Of a stretch of DNA of 64,000 nucleotides, positions 1 through 11,013 are shown piece after piece. Position numbers and translations under genes: made by a program. The notes beneath the pieces are model-generated. The model saw nothing but the letters and a program-made list of their open reading frames with translations, made no database searches and had not been told where the DNA came from. How positions within the stretch are numbered: the stretch's first letter is position 1; every line of letters begins with the position of its first letter. This DNA comes from Eledone cirrhosa (Eukaryota), in contig OZ024743.1 of the NCBI GenBank assembly GCA_964016885.1, positions 362,824,001 through 362,888,000 of the forward strand. Direction: 5' to 3'.

Positions 1-1
1 G

Positions 2-1717
2 GATTCCAACAACGAAAAAAAAAAATTTGAAAAATTGCATGACAATACTAATAACACAAACAAAGACACAACAAACAAAAAAATAACAGTTGAAAATAAC
101 ACCATATCAGAAAACAAAGCAGACGACAAGATTTCATTTGCACAGAAAACAAAGAAATCTTTGACTTATATAGCGGAAAACATTTCAGATGTGGTACGAA
201 GGATCACGGACGCCAAACAATACATAAGTGAAGGTGAGAATGGTATTTTATTGGTAAAAATGCCTCAAGAATTCACGAAAGACATTGAAAGCCGAACGGT
301 CAAGTTTCGGACCATCAACAACAGTACAAAAAAACCTGAACAGCCTTCTCAAGCAGATATCAAAACAGTACTCACAGAAGTACTGAATGAAACAACTTTC
401 ATAAGAAAAGACAGACTGTATGGAAGCCTAGCAATTATCATGAAGAACGAATCGGCGGCAAAAAAATGTGCTTTGTCACCGATTCGTTCGAAAAATTTCA
501 CCTTTTATCCATCTTATATGGGGAAAAAAAACTCAACGCATATGGCTGGATGCAATGATGCCAGATGTGGACTACTGCTGGCTCATAGCTGGCTTCATCG
601 ATCCAGTGAATGACAACGTGATTTCCATTGGGAAAACCACAGGCAATGCGTTCAGTGGAACAGGTATAGAGCTGGTAGTACAAATGAAGCCTGAACGCAT
701 CGCCCAAATACCCGACAGAATCCTATTAGAGGACCACGGGTATATAAACATTAGCGTGGAGGGGAGAAGGCCGTCCTGCCATATCTGTGCAGGCAGAGGG
801 CACCTGAAGGCCGCTTGTCCCCAACTCAACAAAAAGAAAACCCTGCTACCAACACCAGCTCCACCACCACAACAGATAAACAAACAACAAAACTCAGTCC
901 CACCCAACCCGTCCCTCAGTAAAACCACAACACCACCACAACACAAACAGTCACAACACATTACCCCAAAACAAAATACAGGCCCACCCAACCTCTCACT
1001 CAATAAAACAACACAACCACCGCAGACACAACACACAACACAGTCTAACATAGTGACATCCATCTCCCCCACAAAGAAAACCAACACGGAAACATTACCA
1101 GCAAACATACCTCTTCCCTCCAACACTGAAGATAACCCAACGAATTCGGAGGAAGAAACGGAGTCCTTCAGACAGATTAAAAGGAAAAAAAGAAAACATG
1201 TGCAAAACACACAAGGACAAACAACCCCCACCCAAATCGCAACACAATCCAACAAAACAGAAAACACCCTCCAGCAACAAACAAAACCAAACCTGCCCCT
1301 CCCCTCTTCGAAACACTCACACCATCGGAAAAAAAGACATTACACTATACTTACATCAACAGAAACAATAATAAATTAAATGAACTCATATACAATAATC
1401 CTTCGGTACAAACCGAAGGTGTAAATTTTGTTTCGTCAGAAAACCACCCACATTTAAAACTAATAAAAATCCCAATGAACCTCTACCAAAAACTAAAAAA
1501 GGATTTTAAGGAGGACGTAGGACCACCCTCTGTCAAACCCATAAACCGCGTCCTACTAAAAAGCTTTCCCCCTCCCCTTCCCCTCCCCAACACAACTCCA
1601 AACACCCCAACCCCACCACACACTGACGACCCCACACCACCACAAGACACCCCTTCACCCAACACCCCCGACCCCATGGAAGTCGTGCAACCCGAACCCC
1701 GGGAAGCGGAAAGGTAG
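2..1717 (+). CDS. LINE ORF1 (gag-like CCHC zinc-knuckle protein), broken by two single-base frameshifts
   Basis: Frame is open from base 2 (DSNNEKKKFEKLHD) to YMGKK. It shifts +1 at the A8 run 524-531 into ORF 468-1379 (CHICAGRGHLKAAC = CX2CX4HX4C), then returns to the first frame, which is open 1181-1717. Pro/Thr/Gln-rich C-terminal half. Confidence 0.75.
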
Positions 1718-1750
1718 GTCTCTACACTCTCCTTTGGCTCTGCCGCCCAC

Positions 1751-4700
1751 ATGGATGTGTTAAGAGTAGGATGTTTGAATGCACGTGGCCTGGGCTCAAC
1801 TTGGAAGCAAGCAAAGCTTCTAAATGACTTCAGGTCATGTAGTATAAATGTAATGGTTATCTGTGAGACTCGAATCAGCGTCGTGCGGCAGCTGGCCCCC
1901 ACCTTCGATGACTTTGAGGTGCATGCATCTCTCTGTCAACCTGGAGGTGGGGGTGGGGTTGTCGTACTGCTGCAAAAACACCTGGGTCTTGCCGTACAGG
2001 TTGTGCACTCGGACCCGGAGGGTCGTTTGTTGGTGCTAGACGTTGGCAGTAGTGAAAGTGCGGCCTTGAGACTGGTCGCCGTCTACTCCCCTTTCGGAGC
2101 TGAACGGCCCGACTTCTTCCAGCGTTTGGAGACTTTTCTGGGAACGTCGCGTTCCCTGCTTCTAGCGGGGGATTGGAATGACATCCTGGATGCACGTTGG
2201 GACTATGCAGGAGCATGTCCTAATAGAGGGGGGTGTAACAGCCTCAAGGGGTTACTCGACCGTTTTAACTTGGTCGATAGATATCGACTAGATTTTCCAA
2301 CTGTGCCTACCTGGACTTGGAGAAACCACAGTGGTCAATCTAGATCGTACTTAGATAGATTCTTAGTTAGAAGTAAGGATAGGGACATATTAAGCTGTCC
2401 AGAAATGCGCACGGTTGGCTACACGGATCACAAATTAGTGACCTGCGTGGTCAATCTCGAGAAAACACATAGACAGGGTCCCGGTTACTGGAAACTTAAT
2501 TTGTCTTTACCGGCAAAAGAGACTTACAGAAACCGGATTAGCAGATTAGTTAAGGAAAGGTTGACGGGTGCAATCGTCAACAACCGATGGTGGGCATCTC
2601 TCAAAAGAGAGATTAGAACAGAATCAATAAGTTATAGCAAGATGTTAGCTGCCGATAGGAATAGAAACGAGAAAGAATTAACAGGTAAATTAGAAGAGGC
2701 AATCAAGAGCGAAGATGTGGCCAGAGTGCTGGCATCGAGGACGGCCTTGAACCAGTTTTTCGATGCAAAGCATGAAGGCTGCGTCATTCGAAGTAAAATA
2801 CGTGCTCTAGGTAATGAGGGGGCCAAAGCCGTTGGATGGGCCCGCGTGACAGAAGCTAAGAGTGGAAATCGATCCACCATCCGGTCGTTGCAAGACGAAG
2901 ATGGACGAGTGATCCGGGAGCCTAAGCAGATGTGCGAGGCCTTTCAAAAGCACTTTGCCCGATTGTTCGGGGGAGGCGAGGGTCCGGGCCGGGGCGTGGA
3001 TTTCGGTCCATACCTCGACGGCCTGCCGCGTCTCTCGAACAAAGAGGCAGAGTCCTGCGAGGGACCAATCTCGGCTGATGAGATCGGAGATGCGCTGAGG
3101 CAATGCAGCAGACGCAAATCTCCAGGTCTCGATGGTATACCTTACGAACTTTATTTAGCAATGCCGGTCTTCTTCTCCGAACTCCTCGAAGCGGTCTACT
3201 GCAATTGGCAGCAGAACGGGAGAATTCCTTGTTCTGTAGCCAAGGGCGTAGTCACGCTGGTGAGGAAGGACGAGAACAAGGGGGATAGTATAAATAATTT
3301 TCGGCCCATAACCCTGCTAAACACAGAGTTAAAGATTTTGGCCAAGGTGTTAGCAAAGAGGTTGGCGCTTGTCGTGGGTGGCCTGGTGGGAGATGCGCAG
3401 ACATGTGCTATCCCATCCAGGTCCATTCACGATAACCTCCACCTCATGCGATACATCATAGAGAGGGTTGGCAACAAACCCGGCTTCGGTGGGGCCCTGA
3501 TCAACTTGGATCAGTCTAAGGCCTTCGATAGGGTCGACCATGGTTACCTGGATGCGGTGCTAGCGGCGGCTGGGTTCGGTCCTGTTTTCAGAGGCTGGAT
3601 CACTGCCCTACATAGCAACCACATCTGTTCTAGGATCAAGGTGAACGGCTACCTTTCGAAGCCGTTCGAAATCACACGATCCATTCGACAGGGGTGCCCT
3701 CTCTCCTCCCTTCTGTACGTATTGACTCTCGAGCCTTTACTGAGGAAGTTGGAGTTGTTGCAGGGTATCCCCCTGGAACCAGGATTGAGCAAAGCGGTGT
3801 CGGCCTACGCCGATGACGTAACAGTAATGGTATCAACCGACTCGGAGATCGAGGCGATCGGTACCTTACTGGAGGAGTACGAAAGGTTGTCAGGAGCGAA
3901 ACTGAACCGGGAAAAATCCATCGGGCTGCAACTCGGAACGTGGAGAGGCAAACCGATGCCTCCTGACGGTGTCGTCGGACACTGGACGGAGGGCCCGGTA
4001 AAGTTGCTTGGGGTCTGGTTTGGACCGGACCTCCAGGTGGAAAAGAACTGGAACGAGGTTACGAACAAGGTGTTTGCACTAACCCAGAAATGGGCCAAGT
4101 GTAAGCTGTCCCTAAAAGGCCGGGCGGAGGTGGCGAACATTTACATAGCGTCCGTCACTTACTACCGCCTGACTGTCGTGCCTTGCCCTAAGGAAACACT
4201 CACCACCATGGAACGCATGCTCTTCCAATTTCTTTGGAAGAAGCGTCCTCCTATGGTGAGAAGATCCATCTGCTGCCAACAACCTTCGAAAGGAGGGCTG
4301 GGGATGCCGTGGTTGATGATGCGTAGGCACGCATTAAGGCTACGGCACCTACAGGTATTCCTCACTGGTCAACCGGTGTGGGCTCCGTTCGTGAAACGAG
4401 CCTTTCCGAGACTCGTCTCACTCACCGAGCTACAGTCCTGGGTCAAGCAAAGATCCGGAAAACTGGGAGACTGGCACACTGAGTGTGCTCAGGCGCTCAG
4501 GGCTCTCTGGCAAGCGGGCCAGGCCATCGGTGGAGAATCCACCTCATCATTCTATAGAGGGCTGGTGGCTAGCAGGGGCGATGACACCCTTGGAGAGTCG
4601 CTGGACATGGAAGAAGACGAACTGGCCAGCCTGTTCGGTAGGACTTTCGGCCCAGGACCAATGGACAACTTCCAGAAGTCACTGGCCTGGCAGTGCTACC

Positions 4701-5188
4701 GAGGGGCTCTACCCGTTCGAGAGAGGCTCTACAGACACGGGCGCCCGGGCAGGGATCCCTCAAAAAAGATTTGCCCTAGATGCGTGCGTCACGAAGAAAC
4801 CGTAGCGCACGCATTGGTGCAATGTCCGGGCGTGGCTGATCTGTGGGGCTACGCCGAACAACTGCTGTCGCGGGTGGCGCCGATTAAATTGACCGCCGAG
4901 TCCGTGATGACAATCAAACCGCCTCCCCTCTTCACAAAGGAAGCAAAGGCGGTTTTTCTGTGCGTAATAGCCATGTTGAAAGAGGTTGTTTGGTGGACAC
5001 GATTGAAAGGTCTGAGGTCAGGCAACTTCCTCTCTGGCCATAGTCTGGTCTACTTCTTCCGATATCACTTCGGAAGAAGGATAAGAATGGAGAGAGAGGT
5101 GCTTGGCCACAGGCAGTTTTATGAAAGGTGGGTGATAGTGGCGAGAATGGCTCGTGTAAATGGGCCTTCTCTGTATACCATCCTGTAG
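1751..5188 (+). CDS. LINE ORF2: apurinic-like endonuclease + reverse transcriptase + C-terminal Cys/His domain, 1145 aa, intact
   Basis: APE motifs LNARGL, CETR, GDWN, SYLDRFL, TDH. RT motifs KSPGLDG, NFRPITLLN, DQSKAFDRV, RQGCPLS, YADD, LLGV. C-terminal CPRC-x8-HALVQC. GYWKLN linker typical of L1/Tx1. Confidence 0.97.
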   Translation: MDVLRVGCLNARGLGSTWKQAKLLNDFRSCSINVMVICETRISVVRQLAPTFDDFEVHASLCQPGGGGGVVVLLQKHLGLAVQVVHSDPEGRLLVLDVGSSESAALRLVAVYSPFGAERPDFFQRLETFLGTSRSLLLAGDWNDILDARWDYAGACPNRGGCNSLKGLLDRFNLVDRYRLDFPTVPTWTWRNHSGQSRSYLDRFLVRSKDRDILSCPEMRTVGYTDHKLVTCVVNLEKTHRQGPGYWKLNLSLPAKETYRNRISRLVKERLTGAIVNNRWWASLKREIRTESISYSKMLAADRNRNEKELTGKLEEAIKSEDVARVLASRTALNQFFDAKHEGCVIRSKIRALGNEGAKAVGWARVTEAKSGNRSTIRSLQDEDGRVIREPKQMCEAFQKHFARLFGGGEGPGRGVDFGPYLDGLPRLSNKEAESCEGPISADEIGDALRQCSRRKSPGLDGIPYELYLAMPVFFSELLEAVYCNWQQNGRIPCSVAKGVVTLVRKDENKGDSINNFRPITLLNTELKILAKVLAKRLALVVGGLVGDAQTCAIPSRSIHDNLHLMRYIIERVGNKPGFGGALINLDQSKAFDRVDHGYLDAVLAAAGFGPVFRGWITALHSNHICSRIKVNGYLSKPFEITRSIRQGCPLSSLLYVLTLEPLLRKLELLQGIPLEPGLSKAVSAYADDVTVMVSTDSEIEAIGTLLEEYERLSGAKLNREKSIGLQLGTWRGKPMPPDGVVGHWTEGPVKLLGVWFGPDLQVEKNWNEVTNKVFALTQKWAKCKLSLKGRAEVANIYIASVTYYRLTVVPCPKETLTTMERMLFQFLWKKRPPMVRRSICCQQPSKGGLGMPWLMMRRHALRLRHLQVFLTGQPVWAPFVKRAFPRLVSLTELQSWVKQRSGKLGDWHTECAQALRALWQAGQAIGGESTSSFYRGLVASRGDDTLGESLDMEEDELASLFGRTFGPGPMDNFQKSLAWQCYRGALPVRERLYRHGRPGRDPSKKICPRCVRHEETVAHALVQCPGVADLWGYAEQLLSRVAPIKLTAESVMTIKPPPLFTKEAKAVFLCVIAMLKEVVWWTRLKGLRSGNFLSGHSLVYFFRYHFGRRIRMEREVLGHRQFYERWVIVARMARVNGPSLYTIL

Positions 5189-5404
5189 GTAAAGAAGTAA
5201 AGGAGAGGGGAGCACCTTCTCCATGTGCTCCCCGGGCAAAGGATTGCACACTTTTTCGGGGGTGTGTGCAACCCCCATCACGTCCCCTCCCTTTTGAGGT
5301 TATTTTCGATTATTTTCATGTTACACCCTTTTTACTCGATTATATGTAAACTCCCCCTTTGTATTTGTCCCTTCTTTTTATGCCTTTATGGTAAATAAAG
5401 AAAT

Positions 5405-6023
5405 CTATCTATTTATATACTACTAAAACTCTGTGATTGTTTGCTTGCTTGCTTGCTTGTCTGTAATGTAATACAGCTAAAACGGCGCATAATGGGAAAA
5501 TATTTTCAAAGGAAGTTGACCCCGAAATGCGAATACAAATGGAATAAAACAAGTTTCGCGTAAATCAGAGCACGGGTTCCCGAGATATGGGTTTTTCTGT
5601 GTACCTTCATAAACAGAGAGAGAGCAAGATAGGGAGAAAGAGATAGTGGTTGTGAGAGAGTAGATTGAAAGAGACATAGAGAGAGGGAGAGGAGATAGAG
5701 AAGGAGAATGGAAGAGAAAGAGGAGGCTGGTGTTGTTGTTTATATATATGTGTGTGTGTGTCTATGACCAGTGTATATAGATCACAGACACCCACATATA
5801 TACACATACACACATACATATATATATATCTGTATACACACACACACACGCATTTATATATATATATAAATACACGCACGTATATATATGGGCCTTCCCG
5901 TTTCATTTCACATTGTATACATGTCTGTGTATATTTTAATTATTTAAAAATTATTTTTAAATGAACATGATTTTTTTTAAATATTTTGAAATGAACGTGA
6001 TCCAACTGTCACGGCTGGTCTAG
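5405..6023 (+). mobile_element. Putative non-autonomous Helitron-like element
   Basis: Starts with a TCTAT...ATACTACTAAAA leader and (TTGC)n, has internal microsatellites, ends ACGGCTGGTCTAG|T at 6020-6024. Confidence 0.45.
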
Positions 6024-6261
6024 TAATATTTATGGCTTTGGGGAAAATTTTTTAAAAAATGCTAAAAATATTTTTGGTATATAGGACGCTATTTGAACAT
6101 CGTATGGATGATTACACTATATACGTTTTTTCGTTCTATTCTTCTTTCTATTACTTACTTGATTTACTAAATTTTTAACTGTGGAGATATCTCGACAGTT
6201 CAAATACAGTAGGAAGTACCATTTAACTCTCCATACCTATTTCATTTAGGTAACCTCTCAT

Positions 6262-6650
6262 TTCCTTCTTCTTCTTCTTCTTCTTCTTCTTCTTCTTCTT
6301 CTTCTTCTTCTTCTTCTAAACCCACTTATTCCTGAGTGGTTCGTGGAGAGCAGAATCCTGAAACACTCCTTCCAGCGGGTCCTGTCAGAATCAACCATCT
6401 CCAATTGATCCGGTTGCATCCACAAGTGAGACCTGCCAAGCTCATGGATGTTATCCTTCCATTTTGCTGGGGGTCTACCCCTGGGTCTCCTGACAGTTTG
6501 TTTCACCCGTAAAATCTGTCCAGCGATACTTTCCTGAGACATTTTAACCACATGCCCATAGTATCGGAGCTGTGATCTCTCAATTCAGAGAAGTAGCGGC
6601 TTTACCTGGAGTGAATCTCTGATTTCCGAGCTACGCACTCTATCGAGGTC
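6262..6650 (-). mobile_element. 3' end of an RTE-type LINE with (GAA)n tail
   Basis: Minus-strand RYYGHVVKM...RRPRGRPPAKWKDNI C-terminus running into a (CTT)n tract at about 6264-6316 on the + strand. Confidence 0.7.
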
Positions 6651-6849
6651 TACAAAACAAGAATATACCTCTTGCCAATACTCTCACGATTTCTCAAAGA
6701 CCTACCGCAGTGTGAACATTTGGTCGACTGTACATCAGCTAACTTGGACTCGATAATATCCCTGAATCTCTTTGCCAGACACTAAGCATAGATTTTTTAA
6801 TGTCTAAAAATGTCATCTCTCATCCGCCTTAAATGCCCAGCCTAACGCA

Positions 6850-8720
6850 ATAGGTTTCAAATGATTAGTTTTTCTAAGCCGGGTATTTTGGCCTGCTGCA
6901 GAACAACGGTGTCAGGTGTAAATGACAGCCACTTAATGTTCAAAATACGCCTTAGGAATCTTTGGTGGAATCTTTCCAACGTCTTGACATGATGTTGGTA
7001 TGTGGTCCAAGTCTCAGAAGAGTACAAAAGGGAAATCTGGAAACAGGATTGATAGACACTTACCTTAGTGCCAAACAAGATGCCTCTGTCTAACCAGACT
7101 CGTCTCTCCAGCCTACCGAATACTTTGCTTGCTTTCAGTTCGATTTCAGAGTCCAATGAACCATCTCTGGAGAGAGCATAGCCCAGTTAGACAAATGTAT
7201 TATCAACCTCCAAACTTGGACTCGGCGTAATGCTACGCAGTATGTGGAGTGTACATGACGTTTGTCTTTTCTGTGTTGGTAGTAAGCACGAAAGCAGTGC
7301 ATGCCCCAGAAAACAGGTCCATGATTGCCTGCATGTCCTCCTTGGTATGACTAGAAAGTCTTTGATTTGTCCCTAAAGCATGTCAAGTTAAAGACCTTAC
7401 TCATGGTCTTGAAACGCACTTACACACTGACACCGCAATTCTGAAACACATACGCGAGAGTCACGGCAAAGAAGATAGAGAACAGAGTTGGTGCTGGGGT
7501 GTCCTCTTGCTTAACTCCAATGTCGATGGCTATGGGTTTAGATAGAGAATAATTGAAGTTAAGCCACCCTTTCATACTTCCATGTAGCTGGTTGAACAAT
7601 CTTACGAACCTGGAGGACATCCCACCTTACCAAGAATGGTCCACAGGTCATCTCTTCATGGAGTCAAAAGCTTCGGGAGGGGTCAACAAAAACCTGGTAC
7701 AAAGCGACGCGATGTTCTAAGCATTTCTCCTGCAACTGGCGAACCGAGAAGATCATATCCGACCTAAAGCCACATTGTGTCTCCAGAATCACTGAAGGAC
7801 AAATCCACTTGGTAGACATTAAGGAAAAGTTTTGCAAAAACTTTACCAACTGCCTCAAGAAAGCTTATTCCTCGATAGTTGCCAAACACCGACTTTGACC
7901 CATTTCCTTGTACAAGGAAACAAGAATCGCATCTATCCAGTTTTTGTGGAACAGGAGTACCCAACCAAATATCAGAAATCAAATGGTAAATCTCCATAGC
8001 AATTTTGTCAACCCCTCGACAGGAATACCATGAAGACCTGGGGCCTTCCCAGTATTAATCTCCCTCACAATCAATTGGACCTCCACCAAAGTAGGATGAT
8101 TATACATCTCATGAATTATATCCAATTGAGGCAAGTTATTGATTATATGTACATTAAATTCCGAGGGATTATAAAATGAATCAGTAAAATACTTGCTCCA
8201 GCATTATATTGTCCGAGTCTTTGAACAAGACAGACCCGTCCTTGGACCTGGGTTGTACCTTGAATCCGGGTTGTATCACCTTATTAATCAGGTGGTACAA
8301 TGACTCAGAATACTTTCCGATCATAGGCACTCTGAATCTGTATATAAATATCTGACCACCATTTATTTTTCATCTGACGGATTTTGTGATTTTGCATCCT
8401 TGAAGGACTGAAGCAAGGCAGAACTGTCTTTATCTGAAGCACTCAAAAACTTTTGGTGAGAATTTTTTGCCTTCAATAGCTGGTTGATCTGAGAAATATT
8501 TTCATCAATCAAGTCCGGATGTTTCTTTTCCCTAAGACCTAGGACTTCAACACAAGTGTTGTACACCACGGTCTTAAACCGATCCCATGTGCCGTCAAAT
8601 TCTGTTTCTTCAAAAGCCCTCTTCAGATCCTTACGAACCACCGGGTCCTGCAATCTCAACACGTTTACACGTCTAGGAAGACTTGTCCCATTAGATCTTA
8701 CTTTACGTTTGATGCGAAAT
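6850..8720 (-). mobile_element. Degenerate RTE (BovB-like) LINE, RT region
   Basis: Fragments NYRGISFL, ETQCGFRS-DMIFSVRQLQEKC, GVKQ..PAPTLFSIFF, LLYSSETWT, LERFHQRFLRRIL, with many stops and frameshifts. Confidence 0.88.
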
Positions 8721-8919
8721 TGCATACATACATACATACATACATACATACATACATACATACATACATACATACATACATACATACATGCATGCATGCA
8801 TACACGCACACACACACACACATACCTACATACAAACATACGTACATATATACATACATATATAGATGAGGTTTTAATTAAAACCAGGAAGTAATTTAGT
8901 ACTCCATACTTAATAAATG

Positions 8920-9080
8920 ATGGCGGCGAATTGGCTGAGTCATTAAGACGTCGGGTAGAATGATTTACGGAATTCGTCCCACCTCATTGCGCGCTCTGAG
9001 TTCAAATCCCGTCGGGGTCAACTTTGCCTTTCATCCTTTCAAGGTCGATAAAAGAAGTACCAGTCCAGAACTGGGATTAA
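8920..9080 (+). mobile_element. tRNA-derived SINE (Nin/Deu-domain-like family)
   Basis: A-box-like TGGCTGAGTCATT, B-box GAGTTCAAATCC, then GCCTTTCATCCTTTC..GGTCGATAAAA..GTACCAG shared with many other copies in the window. Confidence 0.75.
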
Positions 9081-9459
9081 TTCTTCCTCTATAGAAAAAA
9101 TTGGCTGTGTTCAAGCAGGTTTAAAAGTGCCCTAGACACGCCATTTGACGGTGCCTCTACGACACCCACAAGGAGTTATGGGTTCTCTACTCCACTCTTC
9201 TACTTGATAAATGTAGATGCTGTGAGGATCCTCCATCCTACGGTTTAGCTTTCACTGTTTCGATAGTAAACTAACTATTGAAACGGTTAAAGCTTAACTG
9301 TATGTCTGTCTGTCAGACTGTATGGCTATATACGGGCGTATCGTCAATACTCATATTTTTCCATTTCTTAGAGGGTTCTAAATCCCATTATCGGGCTAAA
9401 ATTTCTTTAGTCAAAGATACGGCGAAAGCTTCTATTTCTAGTTAGTATATTATTGTATA

Positions 9460-9852
9460 TAATAACCGAATTACCCGCGCCTTGCTGCGTTTCACACATT
9501 CTTTTTGTAAGAAAATGATGATTGATTTTAAATCAGTGATATAATTTATGGAGTAAAACTCCATTAGGGTGTATTAATATTATTGAAATTTGCTGGACTT
9601 TTGTGAATATCTTATCATTTACCTATGGTTTAAATTTCATATAAATTGAAGGGAAACAAGTTTCAGCGGGAGTTTGTGCCACAGGGAACCCTTTGATTGA
9701 AATGAAATATACTTATTCAAGTACCCTAGGCAATGTAGTTTCAGAATATATATGGTTATGGTGGTCTATCTCCAAAACCATAGGGGGAGTTCGTGGACAA
9801 ACGAACAGACAAACAAACAAACAGACAGGAACTACAACTTTATATATATAGA
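9460..9852 (-). mobile_element. Putative non-autonomous Helitron-like element
   Basis: Minus strand begins ATCTATATATATAAAGTTG followed by (TGTT/TGTC)n; GC-rich terminal hairpin remnant near 9475-9490. Confidence 0.4.
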
Positions 9853-10197
9853 TATATGCATGCGTGTATGTATGAATGAATGATTATATATATATTTATT
9901 TCATAAGTGTGTATGTGCATGTGCTACTTTCAACATCTGGCGATAGTGACCTGTGACTGGGAGTGACCAGCACTTCCGCCATAGATCTAGTGGTCATACA
10001 GGGGCCGACCGGCCATCCCCTGTATTACGAAAAGCAAAAATTTTTAGAGCAAGTTTTTTTATTTCTTAAAAGAAGTTTTTAATATTTTAATGTTTTAAAA
10101 AAGGTTTTTATGCCGCTTAGGCTATCAAAATGGTAGCTTAATATGTATCACGGAGATTTAAATAAACCTAAATCAACTGCTTATGGCCTCTTTTTAA

Positions 10198-10255
<58 letters not shown>

Positions 10256-10658
10256 TTTTTTTTTTCACCCTAGCGAATCTGGTCCCTCACGATTTAAACA
10301 CATATATGTATATATCTGCGTTTATCTCTCTTTTATATTCAACTAGTAGAATGGCCCGGCGCTGCTCGGGATTTGCTCTAGGGTTCTTATATATTTGATA
10401 TATATTTATCCTTCTCGAGCCTCGTGAAGTAAATACGTTTGTTTATATTTTGTTATTGTGTATGCAAAAATATCATCTGTACACGAATATATAATTATAT
10501 ATATATATATATATATTAGAATTGGTGCTCTGAAATAGCGATATATATATGAATGTATATATAGTGTATTTTGCAATACACTGTATGCTTAATTAAAAGC
10601 ATTTCGAAGACCTTACGCTATTGTTTTAGAGTAGTGACAGTCTCACTTACTTTAAATG

Positions 10659-10731
10659 TTCAGCAAACAGGGGAGATAAAGCTGACAGAGCTCTGTTTCG
10701 CACTTTTTGGTGCTTATCAAAGCTAACTACC
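10659..10731 (-). ncRNA. Hammerhead ribozyme, type I, inverted copy lacking the distal 5' arm of stem I
   Basis: Reverse complement reads GGTAGTTAGCT-TTGATAA-GCAC-CAAAAA-GTGC-GAAA-CAGAGCTCTG-TC-AGCT, the same core as 10925-11013. Confidence 0.75.
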
Positions 10732-10924
10732 CCGCGTAAGGTCTTCGAAATGCTTTTAATTAAGCATACAGTGTATTTCAAAATACACTATATATACATT
10801 CATATATATATCGCTATTTAAGAGCACCAATTCTAATTTTCAATTTCTGCTTGACCAGCAATCGCTCTGTATAATCAGTTCCTGATTATTACTAGAATTC
10901 TATAAGAATCAAACATTCATGATT

Positions 10925-11013
10925 TTCAGCAAACAGGTGTGGTAGTTAGCTTTGATAAGCACCAAAAAGTGCGAAACAGAGCTCTGTCAGCTTTATCTCC
11001 CCTGTTTGCTGAA
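10925..11013 (+). ncRNA. Hammerhead ribozyme, type I, U3-A8 variant; predicted cleavage after GUC at 10988
   Basis: Stem I AGCT/AGCT, extended by a 13-bp TTCAGCAAACAGG/CCTGTTTGCTGAA helix. Core UUGAUAA (10952-10958), stem II GCAC/GTGC, GAAA (10973-10976), palindromic stem III ACAGAGCTCTGT, GUC triplet. Confidence 0.85.

Larger units (their letters stand above)
1..5404 (+). mobile_element. Near full-length L1/Tx1-clade non-LTR retrotransposon (ORF1, ORF2, 3' UTR); 5' UTR lies outside the window
   Basis: Zinc-knuckle ORF1, 33-nt spacer, then an uninterrupted APE-RT-zinc finger ORF2. Pyrimidine-rich 3' UTR with AATAAA at 5394-5399, ending AATAAAGAAAT. Confidence 0.93.

Noticed and set aside
521-532. 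Programmed -1 frameshift at GGGAAAAAAAAC
   Set aside because: The shift needed to join the ORF1 pieces is +1, not -1; a homopolymer indel is simpler.
1751-5188. Novel RT system (retron, DGR or group II intron)
   Set aside because: The APE-RT-Cys architecture, zinc-knuckle ORF1 and 5'-truncated sibling copies identify an ordinary LINE.
572-5281. Antisense and alternate-frame ORFs over the LINE
   Set aside because: Shadows of GC-rich or compositionally biased coding sequence, with no recognisable motifs.
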